From assembly GCA_036785375.1 (NCBI GenBank), contig JAWMAR010000392.1, positions 1,302,001-1,366,000 of the forward strand: 64,000 nucleotides of DNA. Direction: 5' to 3'. The stretch is from Leucoraja ocellata (Eukaryota). Below are positions 39,991 to 51,240 of the stretch, one piece after another (position 1 is the first letter of the stretch; each line of letters starts with the position of its first letter). Under the pieces are notes generated by a model that worked only from the letters and a program-made list of their open reading frames with translations, searched no databases and was not told the origin of the DNA. The translations under genes were made by a program, and so were the position numbers.

Positions 39991-40338
39991 NNNNNNNNNN
40001 NNNNNNNNNNNNNNNNNNNNNNNNNNNNNNNNNNNNNNNNNNNNNNNNNNNNNNNNNNNNNNNNNNNNNNNNNNNNNNNNNNNNNNNNNNNNNNNNNNNN
40101 NNNNNNNNNNNNNNNNNNNNNNNNNNNNNNNNNNNNNNNNNNNNNNNNNNNNNNNNNNNNNNNNNNNNNNNNNNNNNNNNNNNNNNNNNCAAAACGTCAC
40201 CCATTCCTCTCTCCAGAGATGCTGCTTGTCCCGCTGAGTTATTCCAGCATTTTGTGTCTAGCTTCGAGCTCAAAGACTTTTTCTTCACGGGACGTTTCCT
40301 TCATTGACATGCACCCAACCCCGTGTCCCGAGACCTCC

Positions 40339-41057
40339 TCAGTCGGGATGACCGGCGTCCAGAAGTCCAGCCTCATCTCGCACTGGTAGATGTTGGTGAC
40401 CCAGGATAGCAGGGCCGGTCCGGGCATGGGCTCGGCGTCCCTGGTCAGCCGAAATCCCTGGGCTAGATAGAGCCGGATGGCGGGCTGCTGGACGGTGGAG
40501 GTGTACAGGACACACTCCCGGTAGCCGCTGTCCCGGGCGAACTCCAGCACCCGGCGGGTCAGTCTGCAGCCCAGCCCCAGACCCCGGCATCGCCGGTCCA
40601 CCGAGAGGCGGAGGAGCTGGCAGCAGCCCGGCTGTCCCTCGGCCTTCTGTGCTGCCACCACCCCTCGCAGCCCACCGTCTCCCCCCTCCTCCTCCACCAC
40701 CCAGAACCCCGACCCCGGCCTCCCCATGTAGGTCCCCTCAATGTCCGCCATGTCCCCCTCCAGCGTCTCCCTCAGGTAGCGGGCAAAGACCATGCGGCAG
40801 GCCAGGTAGAGGAGGGCTAGCAGCGCGGCGACGGGCAGAGCGGTCCCAGGTGAGCGGCCAGCCGGCTCCGTAGACGGCGGCCCCGGCAGTCAGGATCAGG
40901 CAGGCCGCGGCTGGCGACTGCAGGGCCCGGCGGAAGGCCGGCCAAGGCATGTCCATCACACCATCGGAAAATATCCTGCGGGCCTCCGGCGTGTCGCCGG
41001 CCCGGAACGGGCGCACGGTGAAGCGGGGACCATCTCCGCCTTGTGGACGACCGCCAT
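40339..41057 (-). pseudogene. Tandem NAT8-like paralog with three 1-bp indels (pseudogene or assembly errors)
   Basis: ATG at 41057; -1 at ~41038, +1 at ~40845, -1 at ~40365 relative to the intact copy; 40456-40764 identical to 32926-33234. Confidence 0.8.
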
Positions 41058-41351
41058 GGTCCAGGGAGCCGCTGGGAGATGGAGGATTTAACTCCAGGGG
41101 GCAATTTTGCCCACCCAGAGGGTACATTTCGGCTACATTTGTAGATTCTGGATTTGTACATATTTGTTCTCATTGACAGACTGTGTTTGGTGCGGGTATA
41201 CCGGTATATGTTCATCATTAGTTGTTCATAAATAAATGAAATAACATTGTTATGTGCTATTAATGCTGCCTGGGGTAAATGGGAACCCCTGGCCTAGGCC
41301 AAGGTGTAGTGAGGATAGGTGTTCAGTGAAACGATGACCCATGCCTTGGTC

Positions 41352-41853
41352 ACCATATAACCATATAACCATATAACAATTACAGCACAGAAACAGGCCA
41401 TCTCGACCCTTCTAGTCCGTGCCGAACACATAATCTCCCCTAGTCCCATATACCTGCGCTCAGACCATAACCCTCCATTCCCTTCCCATCCATATAACTA
41501 TCCAATTTATTTTTAAATGATAAAAACGAACCTGCCTCCACCACCTTCACCGGAAGCTCATTCCACACAGCTACCACTCTCTGAGTAAAGAAGTTCCCCC
41601 TCATGTTACCCCTAAACTTCAGTCCCTTAATTCTCAAGTCATGTCCCCGTGTTTGAATCTTCCCTACTCTCAGTGGGAAAAGCTTTTCCACGTCAACTCT
41701 GTCTATCCCTCTCATCATTTTAAAAACCTCTATCAAGTCCCCCCTTAACCTTCTGCGCTCCAAAGAATAAAGCCCTAACTTGTGCAACCTTTCTCTGTAA
41801 CTTAGTTGCTGAAACCAGGCAACATTCTAGTAAACCAGGCAACATTCTAGTAA
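41352..41853 (-). mobile_element. CR1 LINE family B 3' end
   Basis: ORF 41440-41787; duplicated 5' junction. Confidence 0.9.
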
Positions 41854-42120
41854 ATGTCAGATGTCACAGCGATACATTGGAGACCAGATGCCAACAGCCG
41901 CCCCTGAGATTGGCAAATTCCCGCCTACTGCTCCTTTCAGCCGGTTGTTGAATGCCCTGGTAGTGGGACGTCCCGCGGCGGGATGAGGGTGGGTGTGGGG
42001 GGGAGGTGGGGGGGGGGGGGGGGGCTGAGGTGGTTGGGCTCACCTCCTTGTGCTGTTCAGATGTGGGAGGAGGAAGGGAGAGGGGGGGAGGGATCAGAGA
42101 GGGACGGAGGCAGTGCTCAC

Positions 42121-42325
42121 ACTCACCTTCTGGTTGCTGGCTTCTCCTTGAGATAGACGCGACCCGTCTCTCAGCGGATGACGGTACACAAAAAAGCTGG
42201 AGAAACTCAGCGGGTGCAGCAGCATCTATGGAGCGAAGGAAACAAGCAACGTTTCGGGCCGAAACCCTTCTTCAGCAGATGACGTCCGTTAACGGCTGAA
42301 CAGCCCGGAGACTCTGGACTCTTGT
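42121..42325 (-). promoter_or_regulatory. Putative exon 1/promoter of the second NAT8-like paralog
   Basis: Donor AAG|GTGAGT at 42126-42121; patchy homology to 39862-39965; decayed HNF1-like site at 42288-42301. Confidence 0.45.
42184..42272 (-). ncRNA. ~90-nt hammerhead-motif element (PLE family B) with TSD
   Basis: Same core as 20250; TSD CAGC(G/A)GATGACG at 42172-42183 / 42273-42284. Confidence 0.65.
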
Positions 42326-42374
42326 CTGCAACCGTCCATCCCAGAAGAGCATCCCGCCCAACACATGTACGGGT

Positions 42375-42415
<41 letters not shown>

Positions 42416-42486
42416 GCCAACACTAATTCATTACCACCCTCCTCACCAGTATCAACCAATTACCTGCCCGCCTTTGTCCTGCCCCT

Positions 42487-42720
42487 TACGCAGAGAGTGG
42501 TAGCGGTGTGGAATGAGCTCCCAGTGGAAGTGGTGGAGGCAGGCTCATTGGTATCATTTAAAAATAAATTGGACAGGCATATGGATGAGAAGGGAATGGA
42601 GGGTTATGGTACGAGTGCAGGCAGGTGGGACTAAGGGGAAAAAAATTTGTTCGGCATGGACTTGTAGGGCCGAGATGGCCTGTTTCCATGCTGTAATTGT
42701 TATATTGTTATATTGTTATA
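42487..42720 (+). mobile_element. CR1 LINE family B 3' end
   Basis: TQRVVAVWNELP...AGRWD*; tail. Confidence 0.9.
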
Positions 42721-43086
42721 TTCTCGCTTCAACCTTTCATTCCCCACCTCCCCCCTACAAACAATCTGAAGAAGGTCCCAACCCGAAATATCACCTATCC
42801 ATGATCTGCAGGGATGCTGCCTGATCCACTGAGTTCCTCCAGCACTTTGTGTCTTCCTTTGTAAACTGTTCCATGTTTCTACAGTCTACATCCTAGACTA
42901 CTAAAGGAAGTAGCCCATAACATAATGTGCATTGGTGGTCATCTTCCACAGTTATTTAGACTCTTGGCTGTTCCACAGAAGGGAGGGTATCCCCATTATT
43001 AGTTTTAATATAGTTTACTAATACAGCCTGGATACAGGCCATCGGCCCATCACTTCCGCGCCAGCCAGCGATACTTGTACACTATT

Positions 43087-43737
43087 GAAACATAGAAACA
43101 TAGAAACATTGAAATTAGGTGCGGAGTAGGCCATTCGGCCCTTCGAGCCTGCACCGCCATTCAATATGATCATGGCTGATCATCCAACTCAGTATCCCGT
43201 ACCTGCCTTCTCTCCATACCCCCTGATCCCCTTAGCCACAAGGGGCCACATCTAACTCCCTCTTAAATACAGCCAATGAACTGGCCTCAACTACCCTCTG
43301 TGGCAGAGAGTTCCAGAGATTCACCACTCTCTGCGTGAAAAAAAGTTCTTCTCATCTCGGTTTTAAAGGATTTCCCCCTTATCCTTAAGCTGTGACCCCT
43401 TGTCCTGGACTTCCCTAACATCGGGAACAATCTTCCTGCATCTAGTCTGTCCAACCCCTTAAGAATTTTGTAAGTTTCTATAAGATCCCCTCTCAATCTT
43501 CTAAATTCTAGAGAGTATAAACCAAGTCTATCCAGTCTTTCTTCATAAGACAGTCCTGACATCCAGGAATAAGTCTGGTGAACCGTCTCTGCACTCCCTC
43601 TATGGTAATAATGTCCTTCCTCAGATTTGGAGACCAAAACTGTACGCAATACTCCAGGTGTGGTCTCACCAAGACCCTGTACAACTGCAGTAGAACCTCC
43701 CTGCTCCTATACTCAAATCCTTTTGCAATGAAAGCTA
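43087..43737 (-). mobile_element. CR1 LINE family A
   Basis: ORFs 43287-43649 and 43508-43804; tail. Confidence 0.9.
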
Positions 43738-43748
43738 AAGGCAATGAA

Positions 43749-43983
43749 GCCCCTGTCCCACTTAGGAAACCTGAAAGGAAACCTCTGGAGACTTTGCGCC
43801 CCACTCAAGGTTTCCGTGCGGTTCCCGGAGGTTGCAGGTGGTTGCCGGAGGTTGCTGGTAGTGGAAGCAGGCAGGGAGACTGACAAAAACCTCCAGGAAC
43901 CTCCGGGAACCGCACGGAAACCTTGGGTGGGGCGCAAAGTCTCCAGAGGTTTCCGTTCAGGTTTCCTAAGTGGGACACGGGGC
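43749..43983. mobile_element. Palindromic MITE type 1
   Basis: Same TIRs as 30941-31164. Confidence 0.8.
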
Positions 43984-44198
43984 ATTACAATATCCTCACA
44001 CACTAGGGACAATTTACAATTTTACCAAAGCGAATTGACCAACAAACCTATACGTCTTTGTTGTATGGGGGGAAACCAAAGCACCCAGAGAAAGCCTACT
44101 ATTTAACAATGGAGGGAGAGATTAAACAGGGGTTCACAGATCAGCTTGCCTCGTGACAAGTGGGGAAAATGCTGGACTCTAAAACAAAATAAAAATTA

Positions 44199-45257
44199 AT
44201 TGAGTATAGAAGCTGGGATGTAATGTTAAAATTGTACAAGGCATTGGTGAGACCAAATCTGGAGTATGGTGTACAATTTTGGTCGCCCAATTATAGGAAG
44301 GATGTCAGCAAAATAGAGAGAGTACAGAGGAGATTTACTAGAATGTTGCCTGGGTTTCAACAACTAAGTTACAGAGATAGGTTGAATAAGTTAGGTCTTT
44401 ATTCTCTGGAGCGCAGAAGGTTAAGGGGGGACTTGATAGAGGTCTTTAAAATGATGAGAGGGATAGACAGAGTTGATGTGGACAAGCTTTTCCCACTGAG
44501 AGTAGGGAAGATTCAAACAAGAGGACATATAACCATATAACCATATAACAATTACAACATGGAAACAGGCCATCTCGACCCTTCTAGTCCGTGCCGAACA
44601 CATATTCTCCCCTAGTCCCATATACCTGCGCTCAGACCATAACCCTCCATTCCCTTCCCATCCATATAACTATCCAATTTATTTTAAATGATAAAAACGA
44701 ACCTGCCTCCACCACCTTCACTGAAGCTCATTCCACACAGCTACCACTCTCTGAGTAAAGAAGTTCCCCCTCATGTTACCCCTAAACTTCAGTCCCTTAA
44801 TTCTCATGTCATGTCCCCTTGTTTGAATCTTCCCTACTCTCAGTGGGAAAAGCTTTTCCACGTCAACTCTGTCTATCCCTCTCATCATTTTAAAAACCTC
44901 TATCAAGTCCCCCCTTAACCTTCTGCGCTCCAAAGAATAAAGCCCTATCCAAAGAATAAAGCCCTAATAAAAGACATGACTTCAGAATTAAGGGACAGAA
45001 GTTTAGGGTAATATGAGGGGGAACTTCTTTACTCAGAAAGTGGTAGCGGTGTGGAATGAGCTTCCAGTGGAAGTGGTGGAGGCAGGTTCATTGGTATTAT
45101 TTAAAATAAATTGGATAGGCATATGGATGAGGAGGAATGGAGGGTTATGGTATGAGTGCAGGCAGGTGGGACTAAGGGGAAAAAAAGTTGTTCGGCACGG
45201 ACTTGTAGGGCCGAGATGGCCTGTTTCCGTGCTGTAATTGTTATATGTTATATGTTA
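44199..45257 (+). mobile_element. CR1-B (AGRWD) with an antisense CR1-B (AGIWD) nested at ~44528-44965
   Basis: Plus copy resumes at GACATGACTTC (~44972); short GACAT duplication. Confidence 0.85.
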
Positions 45258-47004
45258 ATTCCAGAACATTTAGAAAACATTAACAGGATCGAACAAAGTC
45301 AGCGTTTGTTTGTGAAAGAGTAACTGAGTAAAAGAGAAATTAACTGGTAGCATAGGTGGTGAGACCATATGTTGAGAGAGGTGAATCTGGGACACCAGAA
45401 CTCAACGAAGCATCATTGAAGGGTGGTTGATAATTTGATAACCCAATGATTATGGAAAGACCGTTTTCAGAGTCTGATATCAGAGGGGAAAATCTGTTCC
45501 TGTCTGACGGTGCTTGATTTCAAGCTTCTGTATCTTCTGCCGAGACACAAAATACCGGAGTAACTCAGCGGGACAGGCAGCATCTCTAGAGAGAAAGAAT
45601 GGGTGATGATGTTTCTGGTCGAGACCCATCATCAGACAGCATCTTCCGCCTGGCCGGAGCAGGGAGAAGACTGAATGACCAGGGTGGGACAAGTCTTTGA
45701 TGATGTTGACTGCTTTTCCAAGGCAGCTGGTGTAGATGGAGTCCATGGTGAGAAATCCTGTGTGCGTGGTCGACTGGGTTAAACTCCACAACTCACTGCA
45801 ATTTACTGTGATCCTGGTCAGAGCTGTTCCAAACCAAGCTGTGATACAGCCCGAATGTATGCTTTCTCTGGTGCATCTGCAGAAATGTATTAAAAGTAAC
45901 CGGAGACATGCCGAAATTCATCAGTCCTCTAGATATGGTTAGTCCATGACAGATTGTTAGTGATATTTACGCCTGGGAAGTTGAAAACCTCAACCATTTC
46001 CTCTTCGGCACCATTCATGCTGATTGGGGCATGTAGCCTACCATGCTTCATCAGAGCAGAATTAAACCATTCAAATCCATCAAGTCTACTCCGCCATTCA
46101 ATCACGTCTGATCTATCTTTCCCTCTCCCTCTGAATCCATTTCCTGCCTACTCCCCTGACATCCTTGCTAATGAAGAATCAATCTCTGTAGTTCTTTCCT
46201 AGCAATTGTTTTCACTCCACAGAAAACTAATAAAACTATCAATGTTTGTATCTCGCACCATTTAGTGTTGTTCATTTATTTTATGATGTTTAATCATTTT
46301 TATTTATCCCAATGTAGTGATGAAGACGTGCAAGGGTGTGTGTTTATCAGTAACAACAGGAAGAACACGGTAATAGGATCTGCAGCATTTTTTTTGTCGG
46401 ATGACGGTGTGTTTTGCCTAATACAGTGCAAGCAAAAACCTCATTCGTGAAGTGCGATCACACTAATGAGAATATAAATCATTCTACCCNNNNNNNNNNN
46501 NNNNNNNNNNNNNNNNNNNNNNNNNNNNNNNNNNNNNNNNNNNNNNNNNNNNNNNNNNNNNNNNNNNNNNNNNNNNNNNNNNNNNNNNNNNNNNNNNNNN
46601 NNNNNNNNNNNNNNNNNNNNNNNNNNNNNNNNNNNNNNNNNNNNNNNNNNNNNNNNNNNNNNNNNNNNNNNNNNNNNNNNNNNNNNNNNNNNNNNNNCGG
46701 GAACAATCTTTCTGCATCTAGCCTGTCCAACCCCTTAAGAATTTTGTAAGTTTCTATAAGATCCCTCCTCAATCTTCTAACTATCTAACTCTTTCTTAAA
46801 TCTATCCAGTGACTTGGCCTCCACTGCCCTCTGTGGCAGGGAATTCATAAATTCACAACTCTCTGGGTGAAAGTTAGCAGTGGTGGAGATGGAATTTCAC
46901 GCATGCATGCATGCATGTACTTGATTATGCATGGACGCAATCGTTGCACTCGGTGCAGTGTGAGCCTTAAGAAGTGCCCGCTAAACAGACACATTCGTTA
47001 ATAT

Positions 47005-47400
47005 GTAGGAAGGAACTGCAGATAGACACAACAACCTGGTGTAACTCAGCGGGACAGGCATTATCTCTGGAGAAAAGGACTGTGTGACGTTTCGTGTCGA
47101 GACCCTTCTTCAGACTGGTTAGGGATTAGTAAAACAAGAGATATAGACGATGATGTGGGGACAAAGAACAATGAATGAAAGATATGCAAAAAAAGTAACG
47201 ATGATAAAGGAAACTGGCCCCTCCCCTTCACCTGTATCAACCTAGCACTTTCCAGGCTTTGTCCCACCCCCACTCTCTTCCCACCCACCCCTGCCATTAA
47301 AATCAGTCCGAAACAGGGTCCCGACCCGAAATATCTGCTTGCCCGTTACCTCCAGAGATGCTTCCTGGCCCGCTAAGTAACTCCAGTGCGTTGTGTTTTA
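47005..47400. mobile_element. Penelope-like inverted terminal repeats with hammerhead motif
   Basis: Minus copy 47005-47115 and degenerate plus copy ~47305-47400. Confidence 0.6.
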
Positions 47401-47549
47401 CTTATGGGCAGCACGGTGGCGCAGCGATAGAGTTGCACCAGAGACACGGGGTTGGGAGATTGCAACCTTCACGTGGTCCACCCTGTTTCGACGAATGCAA
47501 TCAACCTGGCGTGCACAAGCAGAAGATCAAACAGAACAAGTTGTCTTCT

Positions 47550-48030
47550 ACCAGACTGATTCCTGGGATGTCAGGACTGTCTTATGAAGAAAGACTGGAT
47601 AGACTTGGTTTATACTCTCTAGAATTTAGAAGATTGAGAGGGGATCTTATAGAAACTTACAAAATTCTTAAGGGGTTGGACAGGCTAGATGCAGGAAGAT
47701 TGTTCCCGATGTTAGGGAAGTCCAGGACAAGGGGTCACAGCTTAAGGATAAGGGGGAAATCCTTTAAAACCGAGATGAGAAGAACTTTTTTCACACAGAG
47801 AGTGGTGAATCTCTGGAACTCTCTGCCACAGAGGGTAGTTGAGGCCAGTTCATTGGCTATATTTAAGACGGAGTTAGATGTGGCCCTTGTGGCTAAGGGG
47901 ATCAGGGGGTATGGAGAGAAGGCAGGTACGGGATACTGAGTTGGATGATCAGCCATGATCATATTGAATGGCGGTGCAGGCTCGAAGGGCCGAATGGCCT
48001 ACTCCTGCACCTAATTTCTATGTTTCTATG
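47550..48030 (+). mobile_element. CR1 LINE family A
   Basis: ORF 47358-47939 C-terminal part; tail. Confidence 0.9.
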
Positions 48031-49164
48031 TCTTACAACTTTAGGCTGTGCTCGCCACACACGCAAGAAGAAGACCAGATACGCGTTTTCAATGCCGACT
48101 ACAGGTGCTGTTTGTACTGAGTTTGTTCTCCCTGTGACCGCGTGGGTTGTTCTCCGAGATGTTCGGTTTCCTCCCACACTCCAAAGACGTACAGGTTTGT
48201 AAATTGGCTTGGGTTTGTATACGTGGTATACGTTTAAATTGTCCCTAGTATGTGTAGAATGGTCGGTGCGAATGTGCAGGGATCGCTGGTCGGCGTGGGC
48301 CAAAGGGCCTGTTTCCGCGCTGGATCTCTAAAATAAACTTTGAAGGAGGTTCTCAACCCTAAACGTCACCCACTCCTTCACTCCAAAGATGCTGCCGGTC
48401 CCGCTGACTTACTCCAGCATTTGTGTAAACCAAATTAAACTAAGCTTAATATTCCAGAATGACACAACTGTGTTCTGCGTGCCTTCATTGGACAAGGTAA
48501 GGGAGTGTGGTGCCCGAAACACTACTCCTGATCACCTGCCACTGTTTAACTAAAGCGATGGGAGTTTATTGATGCGGTTACAACCAGGGTTGGGTTGGTG
48601 GGGGCAAAGTGCAAGTGGACTTTCAAAACACATCGACAAATTGCTGCATGACAAACATACCAAGAAAAGTAAAGTCCACGATATATGATAGGCATAAATG
48701 GACTCTTCACAAACTCCTCACACAGTGGATGTTGCAACAGCACAGCACAGCACCAGGCCTTTTGGCCCACTGTGTCTCTGCTGGCCATCGTGCCAATTTG
48801 GGCAGAGCCACTGGGTAGAGGTATTGCCTCGCGGTGCAGGAAATCACTGTTTGATCATCACCTCGGGTTCTGTCAGTGTGGAGATGCAAGCTTTCCCTGC
48901 CCTGCCCCCAGGTGGGATTTCCACTCGGTGCTCCGGTTTCCACCAACACCCCGAAAGATGTGCGGGTTTGTAGGTTGTTTAGCCTCTGTAAATTGCCCCC
49001 AGTGTGGATACGAAAGTGGGATAATATAGAACTAGTGAGCAAGGTGATCGATGGGTGAACTCTATGGGTCGAAAGGCCTGTTTTCACGCTGTACTTCTAA
49101 ACTAGATTTAAAATGCACAAATGTCGGCCCATTGGTCTATATCCCTGCATCACTTGCTTGTTCA

Positions 49165-49620
49165 TGTGAGTTTTGGTCTCCTAATTTGAGGAAGGACATC
49201 CTTGTGATTGAGGTACGTTCACGAGATTGATCCCTGGGATGGCGGGACTGTCATATCAGAAAAGATTGAAAGACTAGACTTGTATTCACTGCAGTTTAAA
49301 TGGATAAGTGGGGATCTTACAGAACCATAAAAGGACTGGACAAGCTAGATGCAGGAGACTTGTTCCCAATGTTGGGCGAGTCCAGAACCAGGGGCCACAC
49401 ACAGTCTTAGAATAAAGGGGAGGTCATTTAAGACTGAGGTGAGAAAAAACTTTTTCACCCAGAGAGTTGTGAATTTGTGGAATTCCCTGCCACAGATGGC
49501 AGTGGAGGCCAAGTCACTGGATGGATTAAGAGAGGGCTAGATAGAGCTCTAGGGGCTAGTGGAGTCAAGGGATATGGGGAGAAGGCAGGCACGGGTTATT
49601 GATAGGGGACGATCAGCATG
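49165..49620 (+). mobile_element. Older CR1-A-related LINE
   Basis: Diverged ORF2 end; similar inverted copy at 50142-50650. Confidence 0.75.
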
Positions 49621-50141
49621 ACTTGTTCATGTGACTATGTAAATGCCTCTTAAACGTAGCTATCATATCTGTCTCCATCATCTTCCCTGGCACCGTGTTC
49701 CATGACCTCACCACCCTCTCTGCAAAAAAAAAAATATGGCTTGTAAACTCCTTAAAAAAATTTCCCCTGCTCACCGTAAAGCTATGCCCTTCAAATGTAG
49801 ATGCAGCGCAGCCCATCGCACAAACCAACCTCCCTTCCATTGAAGAAGGGTCTCGGCCCCAAGCAAGGTAAACAAGCAAGCACATTTATCTATATAGCAA
49901 ATTTAATCAACAAGGCAATTCAAAGTGCGTTACACAAAGCATTAAAAGGCAATTAAAAACAGTCACTAAAAAGAATAGAAAATAAAAACATGCTAAATAG
50001 AATAAGACAAGTATTGATACAAGAATACATTTTACATTGCTGTGTTAGAAATGAAGAATTATTTAATTTAATTAAAATTAAAAGCAATTAAAATCAGCGT
50101 CAACAGAAAAGTCTTCACCCCGATTTGAAAGAACTGAGAGT

Positions 50142-51240
50142 TAGAAACATAAAAAATAGATGTAGGAGGAGGCCATTAGGCCCTTCGAGTCAGCACCGTC
50201 GTTCATTGTGATCATGGCTGATCGTCCCCTATCAATAACCCGTGCCTGCCTTCTCCCCATATCCCTTGACTCCACTAGCACCTAGAGCTCTATCTAACCC
50301 TCTCTTTAATCCATCCAGTGACTTGGCCTCCACTGCCCTCTGTGGCAGGGAATTCCACAAATTCACAACTCTCTGGGTGAAAATGTTTTTTCTCACCCCA
50401 GTCTTAAATGACCTCCCCGTTATTCTAAGACTGTGTGGCCCCTGGTTCTGGACTCGCCCAACATTGGGAACAAGTCTCCTGCATCTAGCTTGTCCAGTCC
50501 TTTTATGTTTCTGTAAGATCCCCACTTATCCATTTAAACTCCAGTGAATACAAGTCTAGTCTTTTCAATCTTTTCTGATATGACAGTCCCGCCATCCCAG
50601 GGATCAATCTCATGAACCTACCTCAATCACAAGGATATCCTTCCTCAAATTACGAAACCTGCCTTTTACGAATCCTAATGTGGATTAGGAATATGATGGA
50701 CATAGCACGCCTTGAAGAAATGAGACTCCGACTAATAGATAAATATGACCAATTCTTAAGGAGTTGGTCTCCTTTCATCGACTTTTTGGAATCATGTGAT
50801 GCAGCGGTACCGTAAAGATTGCTGATTTCAGTTCATGACGCGGATAGATCTACATCTCCGAATACAGATTTGAAAAATTCTCTTTTAAGGGGCCTTCTCT
50901 TCTATTTCTACTTTCCACTTTCTCTCTTCCTTTTTTATTTTTTATATACACACTTCACGTTTTTCTACTCTCTACCGTCTATTTTTCCACTTTTTCCTCT
51001 TTCTATTGTTTTCTTTTCTTGTCCTGCTCACTTCCTGTCTCATAACATAAAACTAGAGGTTGTACATAGAATGGATTACGGTATTACATAGTTGGCACCT
51101 AAAATTAGGTTCCACTGTACTGTTTTGTGCTGTATTCACTTCTAATAAAATAAACAAAAAAAACAAACAAAAAAAAAAAACTACGAAACCAAAACTGTAC
51201 ACAATACTCCAGATGTGGTCTCACCAGAGCCCTATACAAG
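50142..51240 (-). mobile_element. Older CR1-A-related LINE interrupted by L1
   Basis: ORF 50232-50525; CR1 resumes at 51182. Confidence 0.75.
50660..51181 (+). mobile_element. L1-clade LINE 3' end
   Basis: MWIRNMMDIARLEEMRLRL...FLRSWSPFIDFL*; poly(A) tail; 9-bp TSD TACGAAACC. Confidence 0.8.

Noticed and set aside
42376-42414. Long poly-G run giving a poly-Gly ORF
   Set aside because: Homopolymer fused to a CR1 fragment; length unreliable
16015-46772. ORFs containing X runs
   Set aside because: They span assembly gaps (~16064-16244, 35010-35327, 39990-40189, 46490-46697)
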